Below, in pieces: positions 38,271 to 48,529 of a stretch of 64,000 bases of DNA; position 1 is the stretch's first letter; each line of letters begins with the position of its first letter. The position numbers and the translations under genes were made by a program. The notes under the pieces are model-generated. The model was not told where the DNA came from. It searched no databases and saw nothing but the letters and a program-made list of their open reading frames with translations. This stretch comes from Acidimicrobiia bacterium (GTDB lineage Bacteria > Actinomycetota > Acidimicrobiia > Acidimicrobiales > VFJN01), in NCBI GenBank assembly GCA_046565645.1, contig JBKHYD010000040.1, forward strand, positions 71,785 through 135,784. Reading direction: 5' to 3'.

Positions 38271-39626
38271 TCAGTCCGACTCGAGCCAGCCGGGGTTGGC
38301 GACCTCGAGCTTGGCCCGGACGCAGCCGGCCACCACCTCCCGCACCTCCTGGAGGCGGTGGTCCTCCCTCCCCTCACGGATGGCCGTCGCCAACGACGCC
38401 TCGTCGGGGTGGCCGAGTCGCTCGAGCGCGGTCCGGTGGGCGGCCTCGTGGGCGGGCCCGAGGGCCAGCTGACGCTCCACCATGGCGAGGGCGTTGGCCG
38501 CCACCCGGGCGTGGAACGCGACGCGGCCCTCGGTGGCCGACCGCACGTCGCCGTCGACCCACTCCCGCACGGCCTCGACCAGCTGGCGGGCGGTCGGCCG
38601 GCCGTAGAGGTCCGCCTCCGCGACGGGGACCGGCGCCGGGGGGGCGGGCAGCGGGCCGCCCGGGAGCAGGCCCAGCGCGTCCCACTCGTTCTCGCACACC
38701 CGGCGGCCGATGGTGGCCAGCTCCACCGAGCGGGAGGCGCCGGAGAGGTGGACCTGCGCCTGCAGGATGCAGATCAGGCCCCACTTCACGGTGCCGAGGA
38801 GCTCCCACCACCGCAGCGCCTCCGGGTCCACGGCATCGCCCCCGGCGGCCCGGTAGGCGTCGAGCAGCTCCTCACGGGTGCCCATCCCGCCGGCCGGGAG
38901 CGACGACCCGAAGCGCCAGGCCCGCACGCAGTACCACCCCAGGTCCTCGACCGGGTCGCCGAGGTGGGCCAGCTCCCAGTCGAGGACGCCGGCCAGCCCG
39001 TCGTGGTCGACGAAGAGGTTGCCCAGGCGGAAGTCGCCGTGGACGACGGCGGTGCGGGGCCTCGGGGGTCGGTGGGCGGCCAGCCATCGCAGCGCCAGCT
39101 CGAAGGCCGGGAGCGGCTGGTCGAACCCGTCCAACATCTGGCGGAGCTGCGCCAGCTGGTCTCCGTCCTGGAGCTGCGGGGCCACGGCCGGGTCGATGCG
39201 GTGGATGGCCGCCAGGGCAGCCCCCGCCTGAGCCACCAGTCGGGTGCGGGCGGTGGCCCACTCGTCGTCACGGAGGAGCTTGCGGGCGATCGTCTCCCCG
39301 TGGAGTCGCTCGGTGACGAGGCACGGCGAGCCCAGGGCAGCTCCCGCGTCGTCGGCGAGCACCGTCGGCACCGGCACGCCGAGGTCAGCCGCGGCCCGCA
39401 TGAGGGCGGCCTCCCCCGGCAGTCCGGGGCCGCCGCTCACCGTCCCGGGGCGGACCAGCTGGAGCACGAGGCCGCGACGGCGCTCGCCCGCCAGGTCGAG
39501 GGACCACGTCTCGCGCGATGCGCCCCCGGAGAGCCGGCGGAGCCCCTCCACCTGCCCCTCGAGGCCCCGCGCATGCAGCAGCCCCTCGATCCGTCGGGCC
39601 AGCTCGTCGTCTCCTCCGCCGGGCAT
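38271..39626 (-). CDS. Phosphotransferase (APH/ChoK kinase fold) with helical C-terminal extension
   Basis: 451 aa. VVHGDFRLGNLFV...VLDWELAHLGDPVEDL is the APH catalytic loop / DxD region. About 130 extra C-terminal residues. Confidence 0.8.
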   Translation of the reverse strand: MPGGGDDELARRIEGLLHARGLEGQVEGLRRLSGGASRETWSLDLAGERRRGLVLQLVRPGTVSGGPGLPGEAALMRAAADLGVPVPTVLADDAGAALGSPCLVTERLHGETIARKLLRDDEWATARTRLVAQAGAALAAIHRIDPAVAPQLQDGDQLAQLRQMLDGFDQPLPAFELALRWLAAHRPPRPRTAVVHGDFRLGNLFVDHDGLAGVLDWELAHLGDPVEDLGWYCVRAWRFGSSLPAGGMGTREELLDAYRAAGGDAVDPEALRWWELLGTVKWGLICILQAQVHLSGASRSVELATIGRRVCENEWDALGLLPGGPLPAPPAPVPVAEADLYGRPTARQLVEAVREWVDGDVRSATEGRVAFHARVAANALAMVERQLALGPAHEAAHRTALERLGHPDEASLATAIREGREDHRLQEVREVVAGCVRAKLEVANPGWLESD

Positions 39627-39689
39627 CGGAGCCGACGGTACCGAACGGCGGCGACCCCGGCGGACCGGCCGCCGCGCTGAGCGGCTCGC

Positions 39690-40775
39690 TCAGCAGGCGT
39701 CGCGGACGTAGGGGTAGGGGTTGACGGCGCTGCCGCCGTTGGGGTGGATCTCGAAGTGGAGGTGAGGCGTGCCGCGGGCGTTGCCGGTGTCGCCCACGTA
39801 GCCGATCACGGTGCCCGCCTCCACGTGGCCGGCCCCGACGTTGGCGTACGACTGGAGGTGGGTGCCGTAGTAGTAGTGGCCGTCGTCGCCCTGCAGGTGC
39901 CACGACAGGCCGCCCACGCTGTTCCCCCGGTGCGACACCACGCCGCTCACGGGGGCCACCGTCGGGGTGCCGCGCGGGGCCAGCATGTCGACGCCCTTGT
40001 GGCTGCGGCCGCCGGAGCGGGGAGCGCCCCACGTGTCGCTGAAGGCCACCGGTCCCTGGACCGGGCACACGAAGGATCCACGTGCGATGGGGGCCGACGG
40101 TGCCGGCGCGGAGCGGGCCGTCGCCGAGCCGCGGGCGGACGACGCGCGAGACGCACGGGCGGCCGCCTCGCGGGCGGCGGCCTCCTTGGCGGCTGCCTCG
40201 CGGCGCTTGCGCTCCGCCTCCTGGCGCTCGCGCTCGAGCTCCTCGAGGCGCTCGAACTCGGCCTCGAGGGCCGCTCGCTTGTCCTCGAGCTCCTCGACGG
40301 CGGCCGCTTGGGCCTCCTTCTTGGCGGCGAGCGCGGCGCGAGCCACCTCGAGGTCCTCGCTGGCGGCCATGAAGTCGTCGATGGCGTCCTGGTTGCCCTG
40401 GGTGGCGTAGCGGCCCAGGGTGTCGGCCCGAGCCTGCACGTTGATGTCCGGGTCGAGGTAGGTGAGCTGGGCGGCGTCGGCGTTGACGTAGCGCTGGACG
40501 GCCAGCTCCCGCACGGCGGCCCGCAGCTCGTTGATCCGGGCCTCGGCGTCCGCGGCCCGAGCCTCGAGGGTGGTGATCTCGGCGTCCAGCTGGCCCAGCC
40601 GGGTCTCGGCCTCGGCCAGCTCGGCGGCGGCCTGGTTGGCCCGGGCGCGCGCCTTGGCCAGCTCGCCGCCATCCGCCCCGGCGCGTGGCGCCAGGATCAA
40701 CCCGGTGAGCACGAGGAGCACGGTGAGGCCGGTGGCCAGCACGGAACGTCGCACAGCGGGGACAGAACATAGCAA
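39690..40775 (-). CDS. M23 family metallopeptidase with N-terminal coiled coil (copy 1)
   Basis: 361 aa. Signal/TM segment, long Ala/Glu/Arg-rich coiled coil, C-terminal HKGVDMLAP...[11 protein letters not shown] (HxxxD, HxH). Confidence 0.88.
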   Translation of the reverse strand: MLCSVPAVRRSVLATGLTVLLVLTGLILAPRAGADGGELAKARARANQAAAELAEAETRLGQLDAEITTLEARAADAEARINELRAAVRELAVQRYVNADAAQLTYLDPDINVQARADTLGRYATQGNQDAIDDFMAASEDLEVARAALAAKKEAQAAAVEELEDKRAALEAEFERLEELERERQEAERKRREAAAKEAAAREAAARASRASSARGSATARSAPAPSAPIARGSFVCPVQGPVAFSDTWGAPRSGGRSHKGVDMLAPRGTPTVAPVSGVVSHRGNSVGGLSWHLQGDDGHYYYGTHLQSYANVGAGHVEAGTVIGYVGDTGNARGTPHLHFEIHPNGGSAVNPYPYVRDAC

Positions 40776-40845
40776 GCGCGGGTCGGTTGTTGCGATCTGG
40801 TGACGAACCGGCGACGGTTCCGCTGCTGCGGGCGGCCGGTCGGGG

Positions 40846-41886
40846 CTAGCGGTCCGACTCGTCCCGGATGTCGCCCACGAGGGCCTCGATCACGTCCTCG
40901 AGGGTGGCGATGCCCGCCGTGGCCCCGGAGGCGTCGGTGACGGTGGCGACGTGGATCCGGGCGCGCTGCATGGCGAGGAGGGCGTCGTCGAGCGACGAGG
41001 AGTCCGGGAGCACCAGCATGCGCCGCACCCGGCCGAGGGGCAGGGGCCGATGGCGGGCCGAGGCCGGGATGGTGAGCAGGTCCTTGGCGTGCACGAACCC
41101 GAGGACGTCGTCGCGGTCGGCGCCGATGACCACGAGCCGGGTGTGGCCGGACCGCACGACGAGCTCCTCGGCCTCGACCGGCGTGGCCTCCCGCCTGATC
41201 CAGACCATGTCGTCGACCGGCACCATCACGCTGCCCAGCCGACGCCCACCGAGGTCCAGGGCGCCGCTCATGAGCTGGTGGGCCACGTCCTCGATGAGGC
41301 CCTCCTCGCGTGACGCGGCCAGCATCATGGCGAGCTCCTCGGCGGAGGCGGCGGTGGCGATCTCGTCGCGGGGCTCGACCCCGAAGAGGCGCACCAAGGC
41401 GTTCGCGATGCCGTTCAGCACCACGAGGGCCGGGCGGACCACCCACACGTACGCCCGGTTGGGGAGCGCCAGCAGGAGGAGCGTGCGCTCGGGGGCGGCG
41501 ATGGCGATGTTCTTCGGAACCATCTCCCCCACCACCATGTGGAGGAACACCACGATCACGAGGGCGACGGTGAAGCCGATCGCGTGCAGGACGCCCTCCG
41601 GGACCTCCACGAACCGCTCGATGGCCCCCTCGACGAGACCGGCCACCGTGGGCTCGGCCACGAAGCCGAGGAGCAGCGAGGCCAGGGTGATGCCGAGCTG
41701 CGCCCCGGCCAGCTGCCGGTTGAGGTGCGAGAGCTCGCCGAGGGCCACGCGGGCCGGCGCGCTTCCCTGCTCGGCCATCGTCTCCAGCTTGGTGCGCCGA
41801 CTGGCCAGGAGCGCGAACTCCACCGCGACGAAGAAGGCGTTGGCGAGCAGCAGCCCCACGCCGATCGCGAGGTTGGCCGCCGTCAC
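40846..41886 (-). CDS. CNNM/TlyC-family membrane protein (DUF21 + CBS pair, no C-terminal CorC_HlyC domain)
   Basis: Last 346 codons of ORF 40846..42765 from the GTG at 41886 ([26 protein letters not shown]). GTGA overlap with the upstream paralog. Confidence 0.82.
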   Translation of the reverse strand: MTAANLAIGVGLLLANAFFVAVEFALLASRRTKLETMAEQGSAPARVALGELSHLNRQLAGAQLGITLASLLLGFVAEPTVAGLVEGAIERFVEVPEGVLHAIGFTVALVIVVFLHMVVGEMVPKNIAIAAPERTLLLLALPNRAYVWVVRPALVVLNGIANALVRLFGVEPRDEIATAASAEELAMMLAASREEGLIEDVAHQLMSGALDLGGRRLGSVMVPVDDMVWIRREATPVEAEELVVRSGHTRLVVIGADRDDVLGFVHAKDLLTIPASARHRPLPLGRVRRMLVLPDSSSLDDALLAMQRARIHVATVTDASGATAGIATLEDVIEALVGDIRDESDR

Positions 41887-43178
41887 GCGTCGTCCTCGTC
41901 GGGCACCGGCTCGGTGCGACGGAGCTCGACGGTGGCGACGCGGAGCCCGTCCATCGAGGTGACGGTGAGGTCCCATCCGTGGTGCTCGAAGCGGGCCCCG
42001 ACCTCCGGGATCCGACCCAGGCGGTCCAGCACGAACCCGGCCAGCGTCTCGTAGTCCCCCTCCGGCATGTCGAACCCGCACAGGTCGAAGACCTCGTCGT
42101 GGTGCAGGGAGGCGTCGAGGACCCACTCGCCGGGCCGTTGCACGCGGGTGAGCGGGGGCCGTCGGCGGTCGTGCTCGTCGTCGATCTCGCCCACGATCTC
42201 CTCGAGCACGTCCTCGAGCGTGATGATCCCGGCCGTGCCCCCGTGCTCGTCCACCACCACCGCCATGTGGATGCCGTTGCGGCGGAGCTCGACGAGGAGG
42301 TCCGCGAGGTCGCGGGTCTCGGGCACGACGAAGGGCTCGACCATGACCTCGCGCACCGAGGTGCCGGCCCGCTCGTCGTAGGGGACGGTGTAGACGTCCT
42401 TCACGTGGACGACGCCGGCGATGTCGTCCAGGTCCCGCCCGATCACCGGGAAGCGCGACTTGCCGGTGCTCAGCGATCGCGCCGCCAGCACGTCGAGGGT
42501 GTCGTCGACCGAGAGCGCCTCCACGGAGGGCCGGGGGACGAGCGCAGCGGCGGCGTCCTTCTCCCCGAAGCGCATCGTGCGGGTGAGGAGGTTCATGGCC
42601 TCGGCCTCGAGCGTGCCCTCTCGCGCTGAGGACCGGATGAGCAGCTCGAGCTCCTCCAGCGATCGGACCGATGCCAGCTCCTCCTGGGGCTCGATCCCCA
42701 GCCGCCGCACGAGGGCGTTGGCCGCCCCGTTGAGGAAGGTGATCGCCGGTCCGAGGACCGTGCACACGACGACCATCGGTCGGGCCAGGGCGTAGGCGGT
42801 GGTGCGGGGCTTGGCGATGGCCAGCGTCTTGGGCACCAGCTCGCCCAGGACCATCTGGGTGGCCGTGGCGAGGACGAGGGCCAGGGTGATCGACACCGCC
42901 GGCACCCGCTGGTCGCCGACCACCTGGCCGACCAGGGGCTCGAGCGCGGCGGCGACGGTGGGCTCGGCGATGAAGCCGACGAGGAGCGACGTGGCCGTGA
43001 TCCCGAGCTGCGCCCCGGAGAGGTAGAACGACAGGCGGCGGAGCGCCCCCTGCGTGGAGCGGGCGCCGCGACGCCCCTGCTCGACGTCGAGGCTGACCTT
43101 CGACCGGTCGATCGCCACCAGTGCGAACTCGATCGCGACGAAGAAGGCGTTGGCGGCGATCAGGAGGGCGACGGCCAC
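41883..43178 (-). CDS. CNNM/TlyC-family hemolysin-like membrane protein (DUF21 + CBS pair + CorC_HlyC)
   Basis: 431 aa. [16 protein letters not shown] region, and C-terminal transporter-associated domain ([19 protein letters not shown]). Confidence 0.88.
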   Translation of the reverse strand: MAVALLIAANAFFVAIEFALVAIDRSKVSLDVEQGRRGARSTQGALRRLSFYLSGAQLGITATSLLVGFIAEPTVAAALEPLVGQVVGDQRVPAVSITLALVLATATQMVLGELVPKTLAIAKPRTTAYALARPMVVVCTVLGPAITFLNGAANALVRRLGIEPQEELASVRSLEELELLIRSSAREGTLEAEAMNLLTRTMRFGEKDAAAALVPRPSVEALSVDDTLDVLAARSLSTGKSRFPVIGRDLDDIAGVVHVKDVYTVPYDERAGTSVREVMVEPFVVPETRDLADLLVELRRNGIHMAVVVDEHGGTAGIITLEDVLEEIVGEIDDEHDRRRPPLTRVQRPGEWVLDASLHHDEVFDLCGFDMPEGDYETLAGFVLDRLGRIPEVGARFEHHGWDLTVTSMDGLRVATVELRRTEPVPDEDDA

Positions 43179-43264
43179 GAGGCCGAGGGCGGTAGCGATG
43201 GATCCGTTCCCGGTCGACGGTGGGGCACCCGAGAATCTAGGCGGCGGCGTTAGGGTCGACCTCC

Positions 43265-44911
43265 ATGGTGCTGGCCGTCGACGTCCTCCTCGAGGTGCTG
43301 CGCAGCGAAGGGGTCCGCCACGTGTTCGGCAACCCCGGCAGCACCGAGCTGCCGCTCATCGACGCCCTCGCCGAGGCCGACGACCTCCACTACGTGCTGG
43401 GCCTCCAGGAGGCCACGGTGGTCGGGATGGCGGACGGCTACGCCCAGGCCACCGGGCGCCCGGCGTTCGTGAACCTCCACACCTCGGCCGGGCTGGGCAA
43501 CGCCATCGGCAACCTCACCAACGCACGGGCCAACCGGGCGCCGCTCGTGGTCACCGCCGGACAGCAGGACCTGCGGCACATCGTCACCGATCCGCTGCTC
43601 TCGGGTCCCCTGGTGGAGCTGGCCGCGGGCGCCGTGAAGCACGGCCACGAGGTCCGCACCGCAGGTGAGCTCGGCACGGTCCTTCGGCGGGCCTTCCACG
43701 ACGCCGCCGTCCCCCCGGCCGGGCCGGTCTTCACGTCGCTGCCGATGGACCTCCTCGACCAGGCTGTCCACGACGGGCCGCCGCCCCCCTCCACCCGTCG
43801 GGAGGGGGCGCTGGCCGACGGCCTGGACGAGCTGGCCGAGCTGCTGTGCGAGCCCGCGGTGGGACGGGTCGGGATCGTGGCCGGCGACGCGGTGGCCGCC
43901 TCGGGGGCGGTCGGAGCCGTGGTCGCCCTCGCCGAGGCGCTGGGCGCTCCCGTCCACGGCGCGCCGTTGCACGGCCGGGGCGTCTTCCCGCCCGCCCACC
44001 CCCTCTACCGCGGGATGCTCAACCCGGCGGCGGCCGCGATCCGGGCCGAGCTCGAGGGCTACGACCGGGTGCTCCTGGTCGGCGAGCAGGCGTTCATGGT
44101 CTACCCCTACACACCGGGCCCCGCGATGCCCCCGGGGGTCGAGCTCCTCCACCTCTCGCCTGACCCGTTGCAGCTGGGTCGCACCTGGCCGGTCCGGCTC
44201 GGGCTGGCCGGAGACCCCCGGCGGAGCCTGGAGGCCCTCCTGCCGCTCGTGCTGGCCCGGGCCGACTCGGAGGGCGCCCAGCACGCCCTGGCCGCCGCTG
44301 CCGACCGACGCCGAGGTGAGGTCCAGCAGCTCGAGGACAGCGCGCTCGGCCGCTACGGCGCCGCGCCCATGGCCCCGATGGCGGCCGCCCACGCGCTCGT
44401 CCGGGCTCTGCCGCCGGACACCGCCGTCGTCGACGAGGCGATCACCACCGGGGTGTACGTGCGGGGCTTCCACCACTGGAGCCAGCCCGGCCGCTACTTC
44501 TTCTGCACCGGCGGGGGGCTCGGCTGGGGCATGCCGGCCGCCTGCGGGGTGTCCCTCGGCCGGGACCGCGCTCCGGTGCTCTGCGTGGTGGGCGACGGCT
44601 CCGCGCTCTACTCGCCCCAGGCGCTCTGGACGGCCGCCGCCGAGCACCTCCCGGTCGTGTTCGCGGTGGTCGACAACCAGCAGTACAAGATCCTGAAGGG
44701 CTACCTGGTCGGCCGCGGGGGTCCGGCGGCGAAGACCGGGAACCTGGTCGGGATGGACCTGGCCGATCCGCCCGTCGACCACGTCGGCCTCGCCCGGTCG
44801 CTCGGCGTCGACGCCACCCGGGTGGACCACACCGCGGACGTGGGCGACGCCGTCCGCGCCGCGCTGGCCTCAGGTCGACCCCACCTGGTGCACCTGCCGA
44901 TCTCGGCATGA
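43265..44911 (+). CDS. Thiamine diphosphate-dependent enzyme (benzoylformate decarboxylase-like)
   Basis: 548 aa. N-terminal Pyr domain (VFGNPGSTELP) and C-terminal PP domain GDGSALYSPQALWTAA...NN motif. Confidence 0.85.
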   Translation: MVLAVDVLLEVLRSEGVRHVFGNPGSTELPLIDALAEADDLHYVLGLQEATVVGMADGYAQATGRPAFVNLHTSAGLGNAIGNLTNARANRAPLVVTAGQQDLRHIVTDPLLSGPLVELAAGAVKHGHEVRTAGELGTVLRRAFHDAAVPPAGPVFTSLPMDLLDQAVHDGPPPPSTRREGALADGLDELAELLCEPAVGRVGIVAGDAVAASGAVGAVVALAEALGAPVHGAPLHGRGVFPPAHPLYRGMLNPAAAAIRAELEGYDRVLLVGEQAFMVYPYTPGPAMPPGVELLHLSPDPLQLGRTWPVRLGLAGDPRRSLEALLPLVLARADSEGAQHALAAAADRRRGEVQQLEDSALGRYGAAPMAPMAAAHALVRALPPDTAVVDEAITTGVYVRGFHHWSQPGRYFFCTGGGLGWGMPAACGVSLGRDRAPVLCVVGDGSALYSPQALWTAAAEHLPVVFAVVDNQQYKILKGYLVGRGGPAAKTGNLVGMDLADPPVDHVGLARSLGVDATRVDHTADVGDAVRAALASGRPHLVHLPISA

Positions 44912-45705
44912 CCCGGGAGCCCGACGGCAGAGCGGCGCTCGTGCTGCGGGACGTCTCGGTGCGCCACGAGGCGGCGACGATCCTCCACCGCGTCGACTGG
45001 GTGGTGCGACCCCACGAGCGCTGGGTGGTGCTGGGCCCGAACGGCAGCGGCAAGACGAGCCTCCTGCGCGTCGCCTCGCTGTACCTCCACCCGAGCACGG
45101 GCTCGGTCGAGGTCGACGGGGAGGCGCTCGGCCGCACCGACGTGAGGCGCCTGCGCACCCGGATCGGCCTGGCCAGCCCCGCCTTCGGCGACCTGCTCCG
45201 ACCGGCCCTGTCGGCGCGGGAGGCGGTGATGACCGGGCGCTACGCCGCGCTGGAGCCCTGGTGGCACGCCTACGACGACGAGGACCGGGCCCGAGCCGAC
45301 GAGCTCCTGGCCGCCTTCGGCGTGGGCGGCCTCGGGGACCGCGCCGTGGGTTCGCTGTCCTCGGGCGAGCGGCAACGGGTCCTCCTCGCCCGCGCCTTCT
45401 CCGGGAACCCGGCCCTCGTGCTGCTCGACGAGCCCACCGCCGGGCTCGACCTGGGCGGGCGGGAGGACCTCGTCGGGCGCCTGGAGTCGCTGGGGCGCGA
45501 CCCGGCGCGCCCGCCCTCGGTGCTGGTCACCCACCACGTGGAGGAGATCCCCGCCACCACGACCCACGTGCTCCTCCTGCGCGAGGGCCGCGTCCTGCTG
45601 GCCGGGCCGCTCTCGGACGTCCTGACCGACCGCTCGCTGTCGGCGACGTTCGGGCTGGACGTGCGCCTCGAGCGGCGGGCCGACCGCTGGACGGCCTGGG
45701 CCTGA
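44908..45705 (+). CDS. Orphan ABC-type ATP-binding protein (no cognate permease adjacent)
   Basis: 265 aa. Walker A GPNGSGKTS, signature LSSGERQRV, Walker B LVLLDEPTAGLD. ATGA overlap with the upstream gene. Confidence 0.85.
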   Translation: MTREPDGRAALVLRDVSVRHEAATILHRVDWVVRPHERWVVLGPNGSGKTSLLRVASLYLHPSTGSVEVDGEALGRTDVRRLRTRIGLASPAFGDLLRPALSAREAVMTGRYAALEPWWHAYDDEDRARADELLAAFGVGGLGDRAVGSLSSGERQRVLLARAFSGNPALVLLDEPTAGLDLGGREDLVGRLESLGRDPARPPSVLVTHHVEEIPATTTHVLLLREGRVLLAGPLSDVLTDRSLSATFGLDVRLERRADRWTAWA

Positions 45706-45716
45706 CCCCGCGGGCC

Positions 45717-46154
45717 CTAGGAGACCAGGCGGCGCAGGCGGGGGCGGGAGCGCTCGATCTCCTCGGAGAGGAGGCGGTCCAGCACCGGCATCCAGAGCCG
45801 GCCGCCGTAGTGGAGGCGCATCGTCAGCCGGCTGCCGTCGTCGGTCGCCTCGACCTCGGCGTCCAGCACCCAGGCGGAGTGCTCGCGCCCGTCGTGCTCG
45901 GCGCGCTCGAACCGGGCGTGGTGCGGCGCCTCGCTGGCGGTCCTGACCATCCGCAGGCGCTTGGCCCGGGCGAAGGGCCCGAGCCGGCCCCGCAGGTCCA
46001 CCGACCAGGCCGGCCCTGCATCGTCGGGGTGGGCGGCGACGGGGACGGCCCTCGGGACGATGTCGAGCCACTCCGGGTAGCGCCCCAGGTCGTCCACCCA
46101 CGGGTGGAGCGCCTCAGGGGGGCAGGGGGCGTCGAGGGTGGCGGTGATGTCCAC
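45717..46154 (-). CDS. SRPBCC (polyketide cyclase/dehydrase-like) family protein
   Basis: 145-aa ORF. Size and YPEWLD-type motif are consistent with the SRPBCC fold. This is a weak motif-level call. Confidence 0.6.
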   Translation of the reverse strand: MDITATLDAPCPPEALHPWVDDLGRYPEWLDIVPRAVPVAAHPDDAGPAWSVDLRGRLGPFARAKRLRMVRTASEAPHHARFERAEHDGREHSAWVLDAEVEATDDGSRLTMRLHYGGRLWMPVLDRLLSEEIERSRPRLRRLVS

Positions 46155-46155
46155 G

Positions 46156-47436
46156 TCAGCGACGGGCCGCCGCCTGCTTGTTCAGGTCGTCCACGACCTT
46201 GAGGAGCGGGTACGGGTTCACCGCCGGGCCACCATCGGGCCGGATCTCGAAGTGCAGGTGGGGGGCGCCGCCCTTCGCGTTGCCGGTGTCGCCGACGTAG
46301 CCGATCACGGTGCCGGCCTCGACCACGAGGCCGTCGTGCATCCCCTCGGCGAAGGCGCTCAGGTGGGCGTAGTAGTAGTACGTCCCGCTCTCGCCCTTGA
46401 TCCAGATCTTCGTGCCGCCCAGCACATCCGAGCCCATGCGGGTCACGATGCCCCGCTCGCAGGCGAGGAGCGGGGTGCCGGCGGGCGCCATGATGTCGGT
46501 GCCCTGGTGGGCGTGCTCGTAGCCGGTCCCCATCATCCGGGGGAAGCCGAACGAGTCGATGAAGCTGTGCGGATCCCCCACCGGGAACACGAAGCCGTGG
46601 ATGGCGATCTCCGAGCCAGCCGCGAACACGGCCAGGTTGAACTTGGCGGCCACGTTCGCCCGGCGGGCGTCCACGAGCGCCGCCCTCGCCTGCTCGAGCT
46701 CGAGGCGGGCGTCGACCAGGCGTTCGGCGGTGCGGACCAGGTCGGCGTCCACGTCGGCCTTCGCGGCGAGGTACTCGGCCACCGACTCCTGGTCGGCGGC
46801 CAGCACCGAGTCGAGCAGCGTGTTCGCCATCGCGATCTCGTTGGGGTCGTCGGTGACGATGTAGCGGGTGAAGCTGTCCAGCCCGCCCCGGACGATCGCG
46901 TTCGCGGCCCGGGCCTCGAAGGCCCGGCGGGCCGCCTCGACGCGCCGGACAGCGGCCCGCTCGTCGTCGGCCAGGCTGGTCACCGCCACCTCGAGCTCGT
47001 CGAGCTCGGCCTCGAGCGCCACCACCCGGTCCTTGGCCTCGGCGTAGGCGGTCTCGAGCTCCACCGCCTCGGCCTCGGCCACCCGCAGCTCACGGCGGAT
47101 GAGGCGGCTGGCGTCGGCGGCGTAGGCGGAGCCGGCCTGCGGGCGGGGCGGCACCGTGTCGGGCACGACGGGCACGGGCTCGGTCGGCAGCTCCTCCCCA
47201 GCCCCTGGGTCGTCGGCCGGCGGGGCCGTGGTGGTGGTGGTCTCCCCGGGCGGGGCGGGGACGGTCACCCCGCTGGTCGGCGGCGCGGCGACCGTTGTGG
47301 TCGTCGACGCGGTCGTGGTGGTGTCCTCGACCGGGTCCTGAGCCAGTGCCATCGGTGCGCCGAGGATTCCCGCGCTGGTCAGCGCGGCAGCGAGGGCGAG
47401 GAGGGGGGTGCGTCGCACGTTCAGAGGCTTCGACAC
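46156..47436 (-). CDS. M23 family metallopeptidase with Thr-rich linker and coiled coil (copy 2)
   Basis: C-terminal part of ORF 46156..47742. Signal-like LLALAAALTSAGILGAPMALA, Thr-rich linker, coiled coil, HQGTDIMAP...GAPHLHFEIRP. Start uncertain (GTG at 47436 or 47418). Confidence 0.82.
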   Translation of the reverse strand: MSKPLNVRRTPLLALAAALTSAGILGAPMALAQDPVEDTTTTASTTTTVAAPPTSGVTVPAPPGETTTTTAPPADDPGAGEELPTEPVPVVPDTVPPRPQAGSAYAADASRLIRRELRVAEAEAVELETAYAEAKDRVVALEAELDELEVAVTSLADDERAAVRRVEAARRAFEARAANAIVRGGLDSFTRYIVTDDPNEIAMANTLLDSVLAADQESVAEYLAAKADVDADLVRTAERLVDARLELEQARAALVDARRANVAAKFNLAVFAAGSEIAIHGFVFPVGDPHSFIDSFGFPRMMGTGYEHAHQGTDIMAPAGTPLLACERGIVTRMGSDVLGGTKIWIKGESGTYYYYAHLSAFAEGMHDGLVVEAGTVIGYVGDTGNAKGGAPHLHFEIRPDGGPAVNPYPLLKVVDDLNKQAAARR

Positions 47437-47485
47437 GTCGAGATCAGGACCTGAGGGGGTATCCCAGCGGTGGGATGCTACGGCC

Positions 47486-48529
47486 TCAGGGCTCCAGGAC
47501 CACCACCGGAGCCGGATCGAGCGCCACGACGACGCGGTCGCCGGCGCCGGGGCTGTCCGCCGGCGCCACCACCTCGATCTCCGCTCCCCCGTCGAGCGCC
47601 ACCCGGACGAGGGTCCGGTCGCCCTGGAAGGCGGACGCCACCACCGTCCCGGCGGCCGGCCGGAGCTCACCCGTGGGTGGGTCGCCGTGGGCCGGCCCGA
47701 GCGCCAGCGCGGGGACCGGCAGGTGGAGGGTGGTCGGACCATCGGGAGCCGTCACCGCCAACGCTCCCCATGGGGTCCCGGCCGATCCGTCCACCACGGT
47801 CGCGGTGATGAGGTTGGGGAGGCCGAGGACCTCAGCCACCCGTCGGGACCGGGGGTCCTGCCAGACCTCCGCCGGTCGACCGATCCGCAGGATCCGCCCG
47901 GCGTCTAGGACGGCGACCCGATCAGCCAGTGCGAACGCCTCGCGGTGGTCGTGCGTGACGGCGACCACGGTCAGGCCGAGCTGGTGGGCGATCCGCCGGA
48001 CGTCGGCGGCGAGGCGCTCGCGGAGCGGCCGGTCGAGTGCGCCGAAGGGCTCGTCGAGCAGCAGGAGGCGGGGCCGGGCGGCCAGGGCCCGGGCGAGCGC
48101 GACCCGCTGCTGCTCGCCGCCGGAGAGGCTCGAGATCGCCCGGGTCCCGTAGCCAGCCAGGTCGACGAGGGCCAGGAGCTCGGTGACCCTCGACGCGATC
48201 TCGCGGCGGTCGACGCCGGCCATGCGCGGCCCGAAGCCCACGTTGCCGGCCACGTCGCGGTGCGGGAAGAGGGCGTGGTCCTGGAACATGAGCCCGACGG
48301 GCCGGCGGTGGACGGCCACTCCGGACTGCGGCCGGCCCTCGACCAGCACCTCGCCCGCATCGAGCGGCTGGAGCCCGGCGACCGCCCGCAGCAGCGTGGA
48401 CTTCCCCGATCCGCTCGGGCCGACGACGGCCAGCACCTCCCCCTCGCCGACGGTCAGGCTCAGCTCGTCTAGCGCCACCGTGGCGCCGAACCGCACGACG
48501 GCCTGCGCCACCTCGAGGAGCGCCGTCAC
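47486..48529 (-). CDS. thiQ: Thiamine-type ABC importer ATP-binding protein
   Basis: Last 347 codons of ORF 47486..49642. GPSGSGKSTLL, LSGGEQQRVALARAL, LLLLDEPFGALD. GTGA overlap with the permease gene. The thiamine assignment comes from the operon's TPP riboswitch. Confidence 0.85.
   Translation of the reverse strand: MTALLEVAQAVVRFGATVALDELSLTVGEGEVLAVVGPSGSGKSTLLRAVAGLQPLDAGEVLVEGRPQSGVAVHRRPVGLMFQDHALFPHRDVAGNVGFGPRMAGVDRREIASRVTELLALVDLAGYGTRAISSLSGGEQQRVALARALAARPRLLLLDEPFGALDRPLRERLAADVRRIAHQLGLTVVAVTHDHREAFALADRVAVLDAGRILRIGRPAEVWQDPRSRRVAEVLGLPNLITATVVDGSAGTPWGALAVTAPDGPTTLHLPVPALALGPAHGDPPTGELRPAAGTVVASAFQGDRTLVRVALDGGAEIEVVAPADSPGAGDRVVVALDPAPVVVLEP

Noticed and set aside
40776-40845. 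Cyclic-di-AMP (ydaO-type) riboswitch upstream of the M23 peptidase genes
   Set aside because: The intergenic regions (about 70 nt and about 50 nt) are too short. They lack the pseudo-symmetric conserved ACGGGGA/CCCGA-type blocks I would expect.
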